This document shows positions 1 to 6,894 of a stretch of 25,767 nucleotides of DNA, piece after piece. The notes beneath the pieces were generated by a model that was not told the origin of the DNA, ran no database searches, and worked only from the letters and a program-made list of their open reading frames with translations. Each line of letters begins with the position of its first letter. Position 1 is the stretch's first letter. Origin of the DNA: a virus (Duplodnaviria; Caudoviricetes). The position numbers and the translations under genes were made by a program. The stretch is from IMG/VR virus record IMGVR_UViG_3300049492_000010, positions 1 through 25,767 of that record; one strand, given 5' to 3'.

Positions 1-195
1 GTTGTGGTCCCCGTGAGCGTTCTCGCACTTGCTGGAGCACCAGGGGAAGTTGGTGCCGTCGAGATCAGCCTCGCTGCCGCACCACGGGCAGGAGGGCATG
101 GCAGCCTGCGCGTCCTCGTCGTGGAAGCCACGAAAGGGGCAAAGGCCGTCGATTAGGACGGTGTTGCAGGTGCCGACTTGGCAGCGGTCGCTCAC
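1..195 (-). CDS. Small Cys-rich zinc-finger protein (partial, runs off window edge); C-terminal treble-clef/YacG-like motif
   Basis: Not in the ORF track. GTG at 195 overlaps the upstream TGA (GTGA) and follows a GAGGAG RBS at 7 nt. Open for 65 codons: MSDRCQVGTCNTVLIDGLCPFRGFHDEDAQAAMPSCPWCGSEADLDGTNFPWCSSKCENAHGDHN. Confidence 0.75.
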   Translation of the reverse strand, partial: MSDRCQVGTCNTVLIDGLCPFRGFHDEDAQAAMPSCPWCGSEADLDGTNFPWCSSKCENAHGDHN

Positions 196-392
196 TTGGT
201 TTCTCCTCGGAGGGCGGGGACGGCGCGAAAATACACTTCTTTGGCCCACTCGTCGGGAGATATCGTCAAATCGCGGAAGGCCCACTCGGGTGCTTTCATC
301 CGGCAGAAGCAACACTCGGGCTCGTTGCAGTAACCGCCTTTGCCGTCGAGGCATGCATCGCATATTGCGACTACGTACTGTTGCGCGCTCAT
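192..392 (-). CDS. Small Cys-rich hypothetical protein (66 aa)
   Basis: ATGA overlap with the upstream gene, GAAGG RBS, CDAC...CNEPECCFC cysteine cluster. Confidence 0.7.
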   Translation of the reverse strand: MSAQQYVVAICDACLDGKGGYCNEPECCFCRMKAPEWAFRDLTISPDEWAKEVYFRAVPALRGETK

Positions 393-646
393 TCGTTGCC
401 TTCTTTCAAGGCAGGCACCACGCGAAAGGCATCGTGCGCGGCCATCGTTGCCCGCTCCGCCGCGAAATCGCTTGCGCCACGAATCGCCATGTCCGCGTTC
501 ATCACGGCCCGGTTAAGCGCGTATGTGGACGGACTGCCGATCCAGCATTGGAACTCCGGAGAGTAGTCGGATATGCCGATGTTGATTCTTAGCGTCTCCG
601 CGTCAGCCATCGCGTCCTTACGCGCCTGTCGTTCGGTGTCACTCAT
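389..646 (-). CDS. Hypothetical protein (85 aa, MSDTERQARK...), probably leaderless
   Basis: Start reassigned from 685 to ATG 646, because the TTG at 685-683 lies upstream of the predicted promoter. ATG is 7 nt after the -10 box and there is no SD. Its stop is coupled to the next gene. Confidence 0.7.
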   Translation of the reverse strand: MSDTERQARKDAMADAETLRINIGISDYSPEFQCWIGSPSTYALNRAVMNADMAIRGASDFAAERATMAAHDAFRVVPALKEGNE

Positions 647-653
647 GGACGGG

Positions 654-682
654 AATATAGGACAGCATCTCCGTCCTGTCAA
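654..682 (-). promoter_or_regulatory. Sigma70-type promoter (leftward): TTGACA-17 nt-TATATT
   Basis: Minus strand reads TTGACA(682-677) ggacggagatgctgtcc TATATT(659-654) cccgtcc ATG: perfect -35, 17-nt spacer, 5/6 -10, with an AT-rich stretch upstream. Confidence 0.85.
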
Positions 683-707
683 CACTTATTTAGAGGGTAT
701 GTTGGGG

Positions 708-726
708 TTGTCCGAGAACCGGACAA
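708..726. promoter_or_regulatory. Operator-like perfect palindrome TTGTCCG-N5-CGGACAA
   Basis: 7-bp inverted repeat (708-714/720-726) covering the -35 of the rightward promoter. Related GGAC(A/G) half-sites occur at 647-652, 660-665, and inverted at 671-676 and 676-680. Confidence 0.55.
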
Positions 727-736
727 GTGCTAGGAT
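708..736 (+). promoter_or_regulatory. Sigma70-type promoter (rightward): TTGTCC-17 nt-TAGGAT with extended -10 TG
   Basis: TTGTCC 708-713, spacer 714-730 (17 nt), TG at 728-729, TAGGAT 731-736. Confidence 0.55.
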
Positions 737-742
737 TCGGCC

Positions 743-820
743 AGTACGGTCTGTACTACCTCCGAGGGTAGGGTGCGGCTCGCGGATCTGGGCTGGAGAG
801 CCCTACCCTCGGAGTCCCTT
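743..820 (+). ncRNA. Candidate structured small RNA
   Basis: Begins at the expected +1 of the rightward promoter. Contains a 5' hairpin AGTAC/GTACT (743-757), then a 14-bp stem with an inner G-U-containing stem (776-782/789-795). Confidence 0.35.
760..814. repeat. 14-bp perfect inverted repeat (late-operon terminator-like stem and/or sRNA stem)
   Basis: CTCCGAGGGTAGGG (760-773) / CCCTACCCTCGGAG (801-814), located 7 nt past the tail-fibre stop. No canonical U-tract on either strand. Confidence 0.7.
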
Positions 821-821
821 G

Positions 822-2087
822 CTAACCTACTATCTCGTACAGGAAGTGCGTCTGCCCCGTAGTCGTTGTGGCACCAGTAGTGCCAAGCGTTCTCAGGGCA
901 ATGCTTGCGGCAAAGTCAAGGCTGTTAATCCGCTGCACGGTATAAGCAACCGCAGAAGGGGTTGCCAGCATCGCTCGAACCTCTAATGTGTCGGAGTCGA
1001 TTCGAATCAGAAGAACCTCTGAAGCCCAATATGAAAGTGCGGTCCCGCTCGAAGCTCGAATTGGAACTTGTGTTCCACCAACATCAAGTTCCACAATATG
1101 CGTGTTAGTTCCTGTTTCGTCGGTATCTAGGCCAATATTCAACCGGATCGCTTTCCCGTTGGCATCCAGAACGTTCGCCGCAATCGTGGTATCTGTCATG
1201 ACGGTATCGGTCGAGTTCTGCGGGATGCTGTACTCGGTTACATCTGAAAGAACTAGCCCACCGACACGACCGTAAGTTGTCCCGTTAGAGCCAGCACCAA
1301 CAAACGCCGAAGTCTGAAAATACTTCGCCCCGGTCCATGTTTGAGTATCGGTGCTTACAACCGTGTGATTGCTGCCTGGTCCTGCGGCTGTTCCTCCTAC
1401 TGTGAGATATGGCAGGATCGGAGCTATTACGAGCGATGTGGTCGAATCGGCTACACCAATGACCACGCTCAGGACCGTACTAGAGCCTGGATCTGTACTA
1501 GTTAAGCCTCCAGCCGTCGTGCTGACGTATTGAGCTGCCCCAGCCGTTAAACCGGAAAGACCAGTTACACGTCCTCCTGTTCGAATAGAGCAACTATTCC
1601 CTGACGTTGCATCGGCAAGAACAAAACCAACCGAAAATGCGTGTACAACGTCTGGAATGAATTGGGCCGAATCTGCATCAGCCTTATACCAACGTCCGGC
1701 GGTACCACCACCAATGCCCGAACTGAGATAGGCTGCGTTGCCAGCAGTAAGGTTCTCGCCAGCAGTGCCAGCAACATCTACGTTTGCAGCAAACCCACTC
1801 AGGGCTGGGATGTTGTCCATCGTCCAAACTGGAGACGACGGAGGATCATCTGACCCCGGAGCCGCAAAGACTACCTTGTAAGTAGTAGGACTCCAGAAGA
1901 TCGAAGCCCGGCCAGCGGAATCAAGCGTGACCGGATTAGTGTTTGGGGTCGTCAGGGCGGAATCGGAGAACGTGTCCCGCTTCGTGGACGTTCCAGCATC
2001 GTAGAAGAACACACGGTAGGAAGCAGCGGGGTCCCCGTTCGAGTCGAAGAACTGGAGCTTCACCCACGGCATAGCTTGGCCGGGCAC
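822..2087 (-). CDS. Tail fibre/tailspike-position protein with podoviral N-terminal attachment domain
   Basis: N-terminus QFFDSNGDP...FFYDAGTST...NTNPVTLDSAGRA...WTMDNI is typical of fibre head-binding domains in P22-like phages. Last gene of the structural operon; Gly/Ser/Thr-rich beta composition. Confidence 0.8.
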   Translation of the reverse strand: MPGQAMPWVKLQFFDSNGDPAASYRVFFYDAGTSTKRDTFSDSALTTPNTNPVTLDSAGRASIFWSPTTYKVVFAAPGSDDPPSSPVWTMDNIPALSGFAANVDVAGTAGENLTAGNAAYLSSGIGGGTAGRWYKADADSAQFIPDVVHAFSVGFVLADATSGNSCSIRTGGRVTGLSGLTAGAAQYVSTTAGGLTSTDPGSSTVLSVVIGVADSTTSLVIAPILPYLTVGGTAAGPGSNHTVVSTDTQTWTGAKYFQTSAFVGAGSNGTTYGRVGGLVLSDVTEYSIPQNSTDTVMTDTTIAANVLDANGKAIRLNIGLDTDETGTNTHIVELDVGGTQVPIRASSGTALSYWASEVLLIRIDSDTLEVRAMLATPSAVAYTVQRINSLDFAASIALRTLGTTGATTTTGQTHFLYEIVG

Positions 2088-2963
2088 TTACTTACCTCCC
2101 AGGATCATGTCGCGGATCTTCCCGGCGTGAGCCATGCTCATTCCGCCTTCAATCTCCTTGCCATACGTCTCTCGCAGGAAACGTTGGATCTGTGCCCCGG
2201 AAAGCTTCTGAGTGTTCTTCCACATCAGAACAGATGCTTTCATGCGCTCCGCTAGTGGTAGTGCCGAAGCAACCGATGGAGATACAGCCTTGACTGCCTC
2301 TGCTGCCGGCTTGGCGGCCGCTGCTACGGCTTTGCCTACCTTGCTCGCAGTTACCGCCGCCTGAGCGGCATTCGCAGTCTTGAGCAACTGGGCAATCTTC
2401 AGAACCTTGTCCGCCCCGCCACTCGCAACGGCGCCCAGAGCGGCGCCCCCGATTGCCCCTGAGATTCCACCCGACAAGCCACCTTCCACGGCCCCCGATG
2501 CTGCACTTGTTGCCACGGGCCGGGCGGCGCCCATGGCCGCACCAGCCACGGCACCCACAGGGCCGGCGACGCGGTATCCTTGCCTACCACCCGACACGGC
2601 GCCCACGGCTCTAGGAACGAGCGGCAGCGCGGCCCGGGCCAGCCTGGCCACTCCTGCCTTAGCCGCGCCACTAACTGGACCAGCAAGCATCGGGCTAGCA
2701 GCCATCCCGACACCTTCCACCAGCTCAGCGGGAGTCATCTCTACTCCAATACCTGCGGCTTTGGCCTCGGCGCGTTCAGGGGTTCCGAACAGGGCGGTGG
2801 ACACGGCTTCTCGTGCTTTGGCCCATAGCGATTCCTGATCGTCTGGGCCGGCAGCACGCATGGACGCTTCAGGGCCACCGGCCAGGAGATTGCCCACGGC
2901 CATCTCATCCCCGGCGGCGGGGTCAACGTCCTCGTCATAGTCCCACGGGCGCCCTTCAGGCAC
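2088..2963 (-). CDS. Ala/Gly-rich putative ejection (internal virion) protein
   Basis: Position between the ejection genes and the fibre; glycine-zipper hydrophobic segments (GAVAGAAMGA, GAIGGAALGAVA); TAGTG overlap with the upstream gene. Confidence 0.55.
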   Translation of the reverse strand: MPEGRPWDYDEDVDPAAGDEMAVGNLLAGGPEASMRAAGPDDQESLWAKAREAVSTALFGTPERAEAKAAGIGVEMTPAELVEGVGMAASPMLAGPVSGAAKAGVARLARAALPLVPRAVGAVSGGRQGYRVAGPVGAVAGAAMGAARPVATSAASGAVEGGLSGGISGAIGGAALGAVASGGADKVLKIAQLLKTANAAQAAVTASKVGKAVAAAAKPAAEAVKAVSPSVASALPLAERMKASVLMWKNTQKLSGAQIQRFLRETYGKEIEGGMSMAHAGKIRDMILGGK

Positions 2964-4390
2964 TACCGGGCCCCCTTCTGCTTCAGTCGTCCGTCTGGCG
3001 TGATAAAGCGCGCTCCTACGGGCAAGGCGTTGTAGTCGGCCTCGTTCTTGATCTGGACAGGGGCGCCGGCAGCGTTGCCAGCGATTGGGGCGGATAGATC
3101 AACGCCGGACAAAGCCTTGTAGTCTCTGGCTCCTGCCTTCAACAGTCCACGCACTGCCGTGATGTTGTGCCCGAGGGGTTTCTTGGGATCGGTCGAGAAC
3201 TTCAGCATCCGCTGGAACTCTGGCTCCGTAATGCTGGCACCGGACCGCTTGCGAAGCTCCGTATCCGATAGCGAACTTGCTAGCTGCATCGCTCTTTGCA
3301 CGTTCGGGGGAAGATCCATTACGGCCCCCTGCAAACCGGCCAACCGACCAAAGACCGGACCAATCGAGGCTTGAACCTCGGGCAGCTTCAAAAGTTCATC
3401 AAGCTCCTTGGCTTCGGAAATGATCCCTGCCAACTGAACGCCCTTGGCCTGCGACGCGGCCGTTTCAAAGACAGGCAAACCTCTTTCGGTGGCCTGTCTC
3501 CTGGCCTCGTTCTTCATCTTCGCGCCGAAGCTAGAGAGAACCACTCCTTCAGGGTTGAACGTAAGTTCTTCGGTGCCTTCCGCGGGCTTTACGCTAGCCG
3601 ATCCCCTGGCCCTGGCCGCAGCTTCGGCCTCGATCTCGGCCAGCGTCTTTTCGGGCTTAAGCGGCGCCCTTCCAGCACTCTCCCATTCTTGGCGGGCTAC
3701 TAGTTTCTGCTCTGGAGTGACGGCGCCCTTAGAAGCAACGAAATCCTCGAAGGTTCCAGCCTTTGGTGTTGCGTCAGTGGCCTTGTCTTTCTTGATACCA
3801 AGAACTGCCCCAAGTGGTTCCGTTACGGCTTCGATTGTGGGCAAGTGATCAGGCGACCATGCACCTGCTAGTATCTGCTCAGAAACCCCCAAGCGCCTGA
3901 CGGCCGCGGGTCCGTAACGACCCTTGAAGCCCTCCCAGGCTGGTCCCTGCATCTCGGGGGACATCTTCTTGATGCCCTCCAGGGCTATGTACATCCCCTG
4001 CAGCTCGGTCTTCGCGTCTTCAGTGGGCTTGGACTTGAGCGCCTGCGCCATTGGGCCATACTTGGCCGCGTACTCAGGCCCACCAATCCTAGCCAGGCCT
4101 GTCCATAGCTCTTTGGGATCTTCGCCGTTCCAGTTCGCTACGAAGTCGATGCCAGCAGCATCCCGAGCTCGGAGCCCTTCCTCTTCCTTCTTACGCTCCT
4201 TCTGCTCTCCGTACTGCTGAACTGCACCGCCGATCTGTTGGCCCAGGTTCCCTATCGTGTTCGCCCAAATCTCCCCAGACCGCTCCGCAGCCCTAGCACG
4301 CTCCTGCCCACCCATCAGGATCAAGTCCCTGATGGAAGGGTTGGACCGATGCCCGTACAGCACCGGAGGAGCGAAGGGAATGTTAGCCAC
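2963..4390 (-). CDS. Putative ejection/DNA transfer protein (gp20-like position)
   Basis: Helical Ala/Glu/Lys-rich 475-aa protein with NTIGNLGQQIGGAVQQY near the N-terminus. C-terminal DYNALPVGARFITPDG motif resembles podoviral internal proteins. Confidence 0.6.
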   Translation of the reverse strand: MANIPFAPPVLYGHRSNPSIRDLILMGGQERARAAERSGEIWANTIGNLGQQIGGAVQQYGEQKERKKEEEGLRARDAAGIDFVANWNGEDPKELWTGLARIGGPEYAAKYGPMAQALKSKPTEDAKTELQGMYIALEGIKKMSPEMQGPAWEGFKGRYGPAAVRRLGVSEQILAGAWSPDHLPTIEAVTEPLGAVLGIKKDKATDATPKAGTFEDFVASKGAVTPEQKLVARQEWESAGRAPLKPEKTLAEIEAEAAARARGSASVKPAEGTEELTFNPEGVVLSSFGAKMKNEARRQATERGLPVFETAASQAKGVQLAGIISEAKELDELLKLPEVQASIGPVFGRLAGLQGAVMDLPPNVQRAMQLASSLSDTELRKRSGASITEPEFQRMLKFSTDPKKPLGHNITAVRGLLKAGARDYKALSGVDLSAPIAGNAAGAPVQIKNEADYNALPVGARFITPDGRLKQKGAR

Positions 4391-4922
4391 CGACCAAGCC
4401 TCCCAAGGTGCCCGGCTTTCGGCCCCTACGAATCAGCATGGCGCTTGGATGTACTCCACCCGGAGCCTGGGCCGGAGCAGCGGAACTCATCCCGCCCTGA
4501 AACGTGGGAGCCTGGTAGATCGGCGCCCCCGGAGACGCCGAAGCACCAAGCCCGGCAAAGCTCCCAAGCGTACCTCCTTGGAACGGGTAGAAGTTCGTAT
4601 CGTTGGGACGGTAGGAACCACGCTGTGATCCCTGGTTGGCGGCGATCCAGTTCCCGCGAGCTCGCGGATCGTACTCGCCCATCCTCATCCGGGTAAAGAA
4701 GTGCTTTCCAAGTTCCTTCTCGTCCCTGAGCCCGAGGTCATACGCTGTCGCCCCGGAGTGCGTCTGGTAGTTGCGCCATTCGTCTTGCGCTCTCCAGGCA
4801 TCACGCCATGCCTTCGTCCCCCGAGCAGCAACCTCGTCAGGAGTAGGAGGCTTCGGTCCGTACCTGGCCGATACACCCCGACCGGGCATGGTCTGCGCCT
4901 TGAGTTCCTGTTCAGTCAACAT
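4383..4922 (-). CDS. Hypothetical protein in the ejection module (179 aa)
   Basis: TGATG coupling to the upstream gene and 8-nt overlap with the downstream gene. Confidence 0.6.
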   Translation of the reverse strand: MLTEQELKAQTMPGRGVSARYGPKPPTPDEVAARGTKAWRDAWRAQDEWRNYQTHSGATAYDLGLRDEKELGKHFFTRMRMGEYDPRARGNWIAANQGSQRGSYRPNDTNFYPFQGGTLGSFAGLGASASPGAPIYQAPTFQGGMSSAAPAQAPGGVHPSAMLIRRGRKPGTLGGLVGG

Positions 4923-5503
4923 CAGTAACTCCCCGGGAATGTCGGAGCGGGATCATTCAAGAACCCCGAAGCCAACATCTCCTGCCATTGTGCGTTCTGA
5001 GTCTGAGCGTTGTATAGCTCCATTTGACGTTGGAACTCAGCCAACGCTCGAGCCTGCTCTGCTCCAAACTGATTCTGGTACCCTTGCAAAGCCCGGTTGA
5101 ACACGTTGGAGTATTCCTGGGCGCCGAAGTTCTGCCCATACTCCAGAAGATCCTTGAGGCTTCCTCCGGTACGGAGGACACCCCTAGCCGCCGCGCTACG
5201 CTCCAAAGCCTGACGGCCAGCATCGAGCCGGAACTGATAGCCCGGTTCCTGCTGTGCATCCTCGAAGCTGGGAGCATCGAACTCGGGAGCATCGAACTCA
5301 GGCACCTGTCCGAATCGATACATCGGAGACGAGCTGCCGCCATACTCGGGCATCTCAAACGTACCAAAGTCGGTTGGCGCGGGAGCGTCGGTGGGCGCCG
5401 CCGGGGTAGCCTGGGGCGCCGCAGGCTGATCGAATCCCAAGTCCCAGTCGCGACCCGGGCGCCGCTCGAACCTGTCTTCATCGAATCTATCGAACTGGGG
5501 CAT
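4922..5503 (-). CDS. P22 gp7-like DNA transfer protein (C-terminal-type domain)
   Basis: PGYQFRLDAGRQALERSAAARGVLRTGGSLKDLLEYGQNFGAQEY matches the gp7-family signature. Start moved to ATG 5503 (GGAG RBS at 5 nt). Confidence 0.75.
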   Translation of the reverse strand: MPQFDRFDEDRFERRPGRDWDLGFDQPAAPQATPAAPTDAPAPTDFGTFEMPEYGGSSSPMYRFGQVPEFDAPEFDAPSFEDAQQEPGYQFRLDAGRQALERSAAARGVLRTGGSLKDLLEYGQNFGAQEYSNVFNRALQGYQNQFGAEQARALAEFQRQMELYNAQTQNAQWQEMLASGFLNDPAPTFPGSY

Positions 5504-6017
5504 ACCGACTCCAATCCTCCCAACCAGACGGATCAACGTCCATCGGCGCTTGCGGCATCATCGGAGCTTCCTGCGGAGGCGCTTGTCCTGCGATGGCCCC
5601 GAGGGTGAGTGCGCTCCGGCGAGGGGCTATTCCTCGGGGAACGGCGCCCCCCGGCATCGGACCACCGGGGCCAGGGCCGGGCATTGGCGAAGGCTCGGGA
5701 ACATTGATGCCGTACCGACGGGCTAGGGCGCGGCGGTTGCCCTGCCAGGCTTCCATCTGGGCCTGATACATCTTCATGGCCTTGTCATACTCGGCCTTGC
5801 GTTCAGCGTCCTTTTGCTTTTCGTAGGCCAGGGCTTCACGCTGTGCCTGTAACGACGCATCGGTAGCTTTGCTCTGCGCCCTTGAGCCAAGAACTCCCGC
5901 CGCGAGCGATCCAGCGGCTCCGATGGCAGGGGCGGCTATTGCTGCTGGCATACGGCCTCCAGTGGGAATGTCTTCCGCGAGTTTTCCGACACCTGCGCCG
6001 AGGGCTGCTGCGGGCAT
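5487..6017 (-). CDS. gp7-like ejection protein (N-terminal-type domain); alternative start at 5951
   Basis: AIGAAGSLAAGVLGSRAQSKA followed by a Gln/Ala/Lys coiled coil; lies directly after the GNAT, as gp7 does after gp14 in P22. Confidence 0.65.
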   Translation of the reverse strand: MPAAALGAGVGKLAEDIPTGGRMPAAIAAPAIGAAGSLAAGVLGSRAQSKATDASLQAQREALAYEKQKDAERKAEYDKAMKMYQAQMEAWQGNRRALARRYGINVPEPSPMPGPGPGGPMPGGAVPRGIAPRRSALTLGAIAGQAPPQEAPMMPQAPMDVDPSGWEDWSRYAPVR

Positions 6018-6391
6018 CCACTTACCTCTAGCCCCATGACGTATAGATCCATCGGGATCTTGATACCTCCGAGGCGTTCAGCGAAGTTTCTCATGCGGTA
6101 ATCCGCTGCGCCACCAAACACCCACGACTCACCCCTGAGCCGAGCGATGGACGTGCCCTTGCGGATCAGGGCGCGCATGATTCCCGCATTACCCCTGTAC
6201 TTCGGCTCGACCCACAGTCCCTCGAAGTGAGAGGCCCGCAGAACGGACAGGGAGCCGATGATCTTGCCGTCCTTCTCTACCACCACAACGTCCATGTTGT
6301 GCGGAGAAGTACCAGGAATCAGTGGATTCTCCGGAGACGTTTCCGGCTGGAGTCGGTCCCACTCTTGATAGCCTAGGATGCGAGCCTTCAT
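5936..6391 (-). CDS. GNAT-fold acetyltransferase (P22 gp14-like position)
   Basis: VVVVEKDGKIIG, GLWVEPKYRGNAGIMRAL (motif A) and NFAERLGG (motif B); ATGA coupling. Confidence 0.8.
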   Translation of the reverse strand: MKARILGYQEWDRLQPETSPENPLIPGTSPHNMDVVVVEKDGKIIGSLSVLRASHFEGLWVEPKYRGNAGIMRALIRKGTSIARLRGESWVFGGAADYRMRNFAERLGGIKIPMDLYVMGLEVSGCPQQPSAQVSENSRKTFPLEAVCQQQ

Positions 6392-6894
6392 GCCTGCACA
6401 TCCTCAATGACTACAGATAGCCGGTACTGCATTGCGGGTGCTCCAACGCTCCCGTAGGTTGTAGAGTAACTGACCGGGGTCGCATCGTCTATTAACACCA
6501 TGACGGAGCCACTCTGAACCGTCGCGGTAGTATTGCCAGTCATGGCGGCGCCCGAGACGGCCAGAGCAACCCCGCTCTCGGTCCACGAGAACGTCACCGT
6601 CAAGCTGCTAGAAGTCCCTGCGGCCTGAGTGATCCGAGCGTAGTAGGTCAGACGGTAGTAACCCGCTCCCAGCCCACCCCCGGAAAAGTCTGTGGCGCCG
6701 ATACTGGCCGTCTGTGCCGTGACCGCTGCGCTGTTCTGAACGAATGGCGAAGCGTTGGTTTGACCTACCCAACGGTTGAAGAACTCCACCCAAGGATCAG
6801 TCAGGAACCCCGCGAGTTGGTCCCCCTCACCCCTCGGCGCCCTCGCTATGGCGTCCTGAAGCGGAATCGGGGCGTTGTCGAGGAACAGCGGCAT
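6388..6894 (-). CDS. Tail needle-position protein (gp26-like slot), 168 aa
   Basis: Start moved to ATG 6894 (TGATG overlap with the gp10 stop). N-terminal LTDPWVEFFNR motif, then a beta-rich domain. Confidence 0.6.
   Translation of the reverse strand: MPLFLDNAPIPLQDAIARAPRGEGDQLAGFLTDPWVEFFNRWVGQTNASPFVQNSAAVTAQTASIGATDFSGGGLGAGYYRLTYYARITQAAGTSSSLTVTFSWTESGVALAVSGAAMTGNTTATVQSGSVMVLIDDATPVSYSTTYGSVGAPAMQYRLSVVIEDVQA

Noticed and set aside
760-900. Hairpin just downstream of the tail-fibre 3' end, reminiscent of a DGR target site
   Set aside because: No reverse transcriptase, no template-repeat copy and no C-type-lectin-like variable region seen in the window
29-986. Plus-strand ORFs 29..592 and 573..986
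   Set aside because: They overlap better-supported coupled minus-strand genes and the promoter region; no RBS or motifs
5487-5536. Programmed frameshift fusing the two gp7-like ORFs
   Set aside because: No slippery heptamer seen, and the downstream ORF has its own SD and ATG
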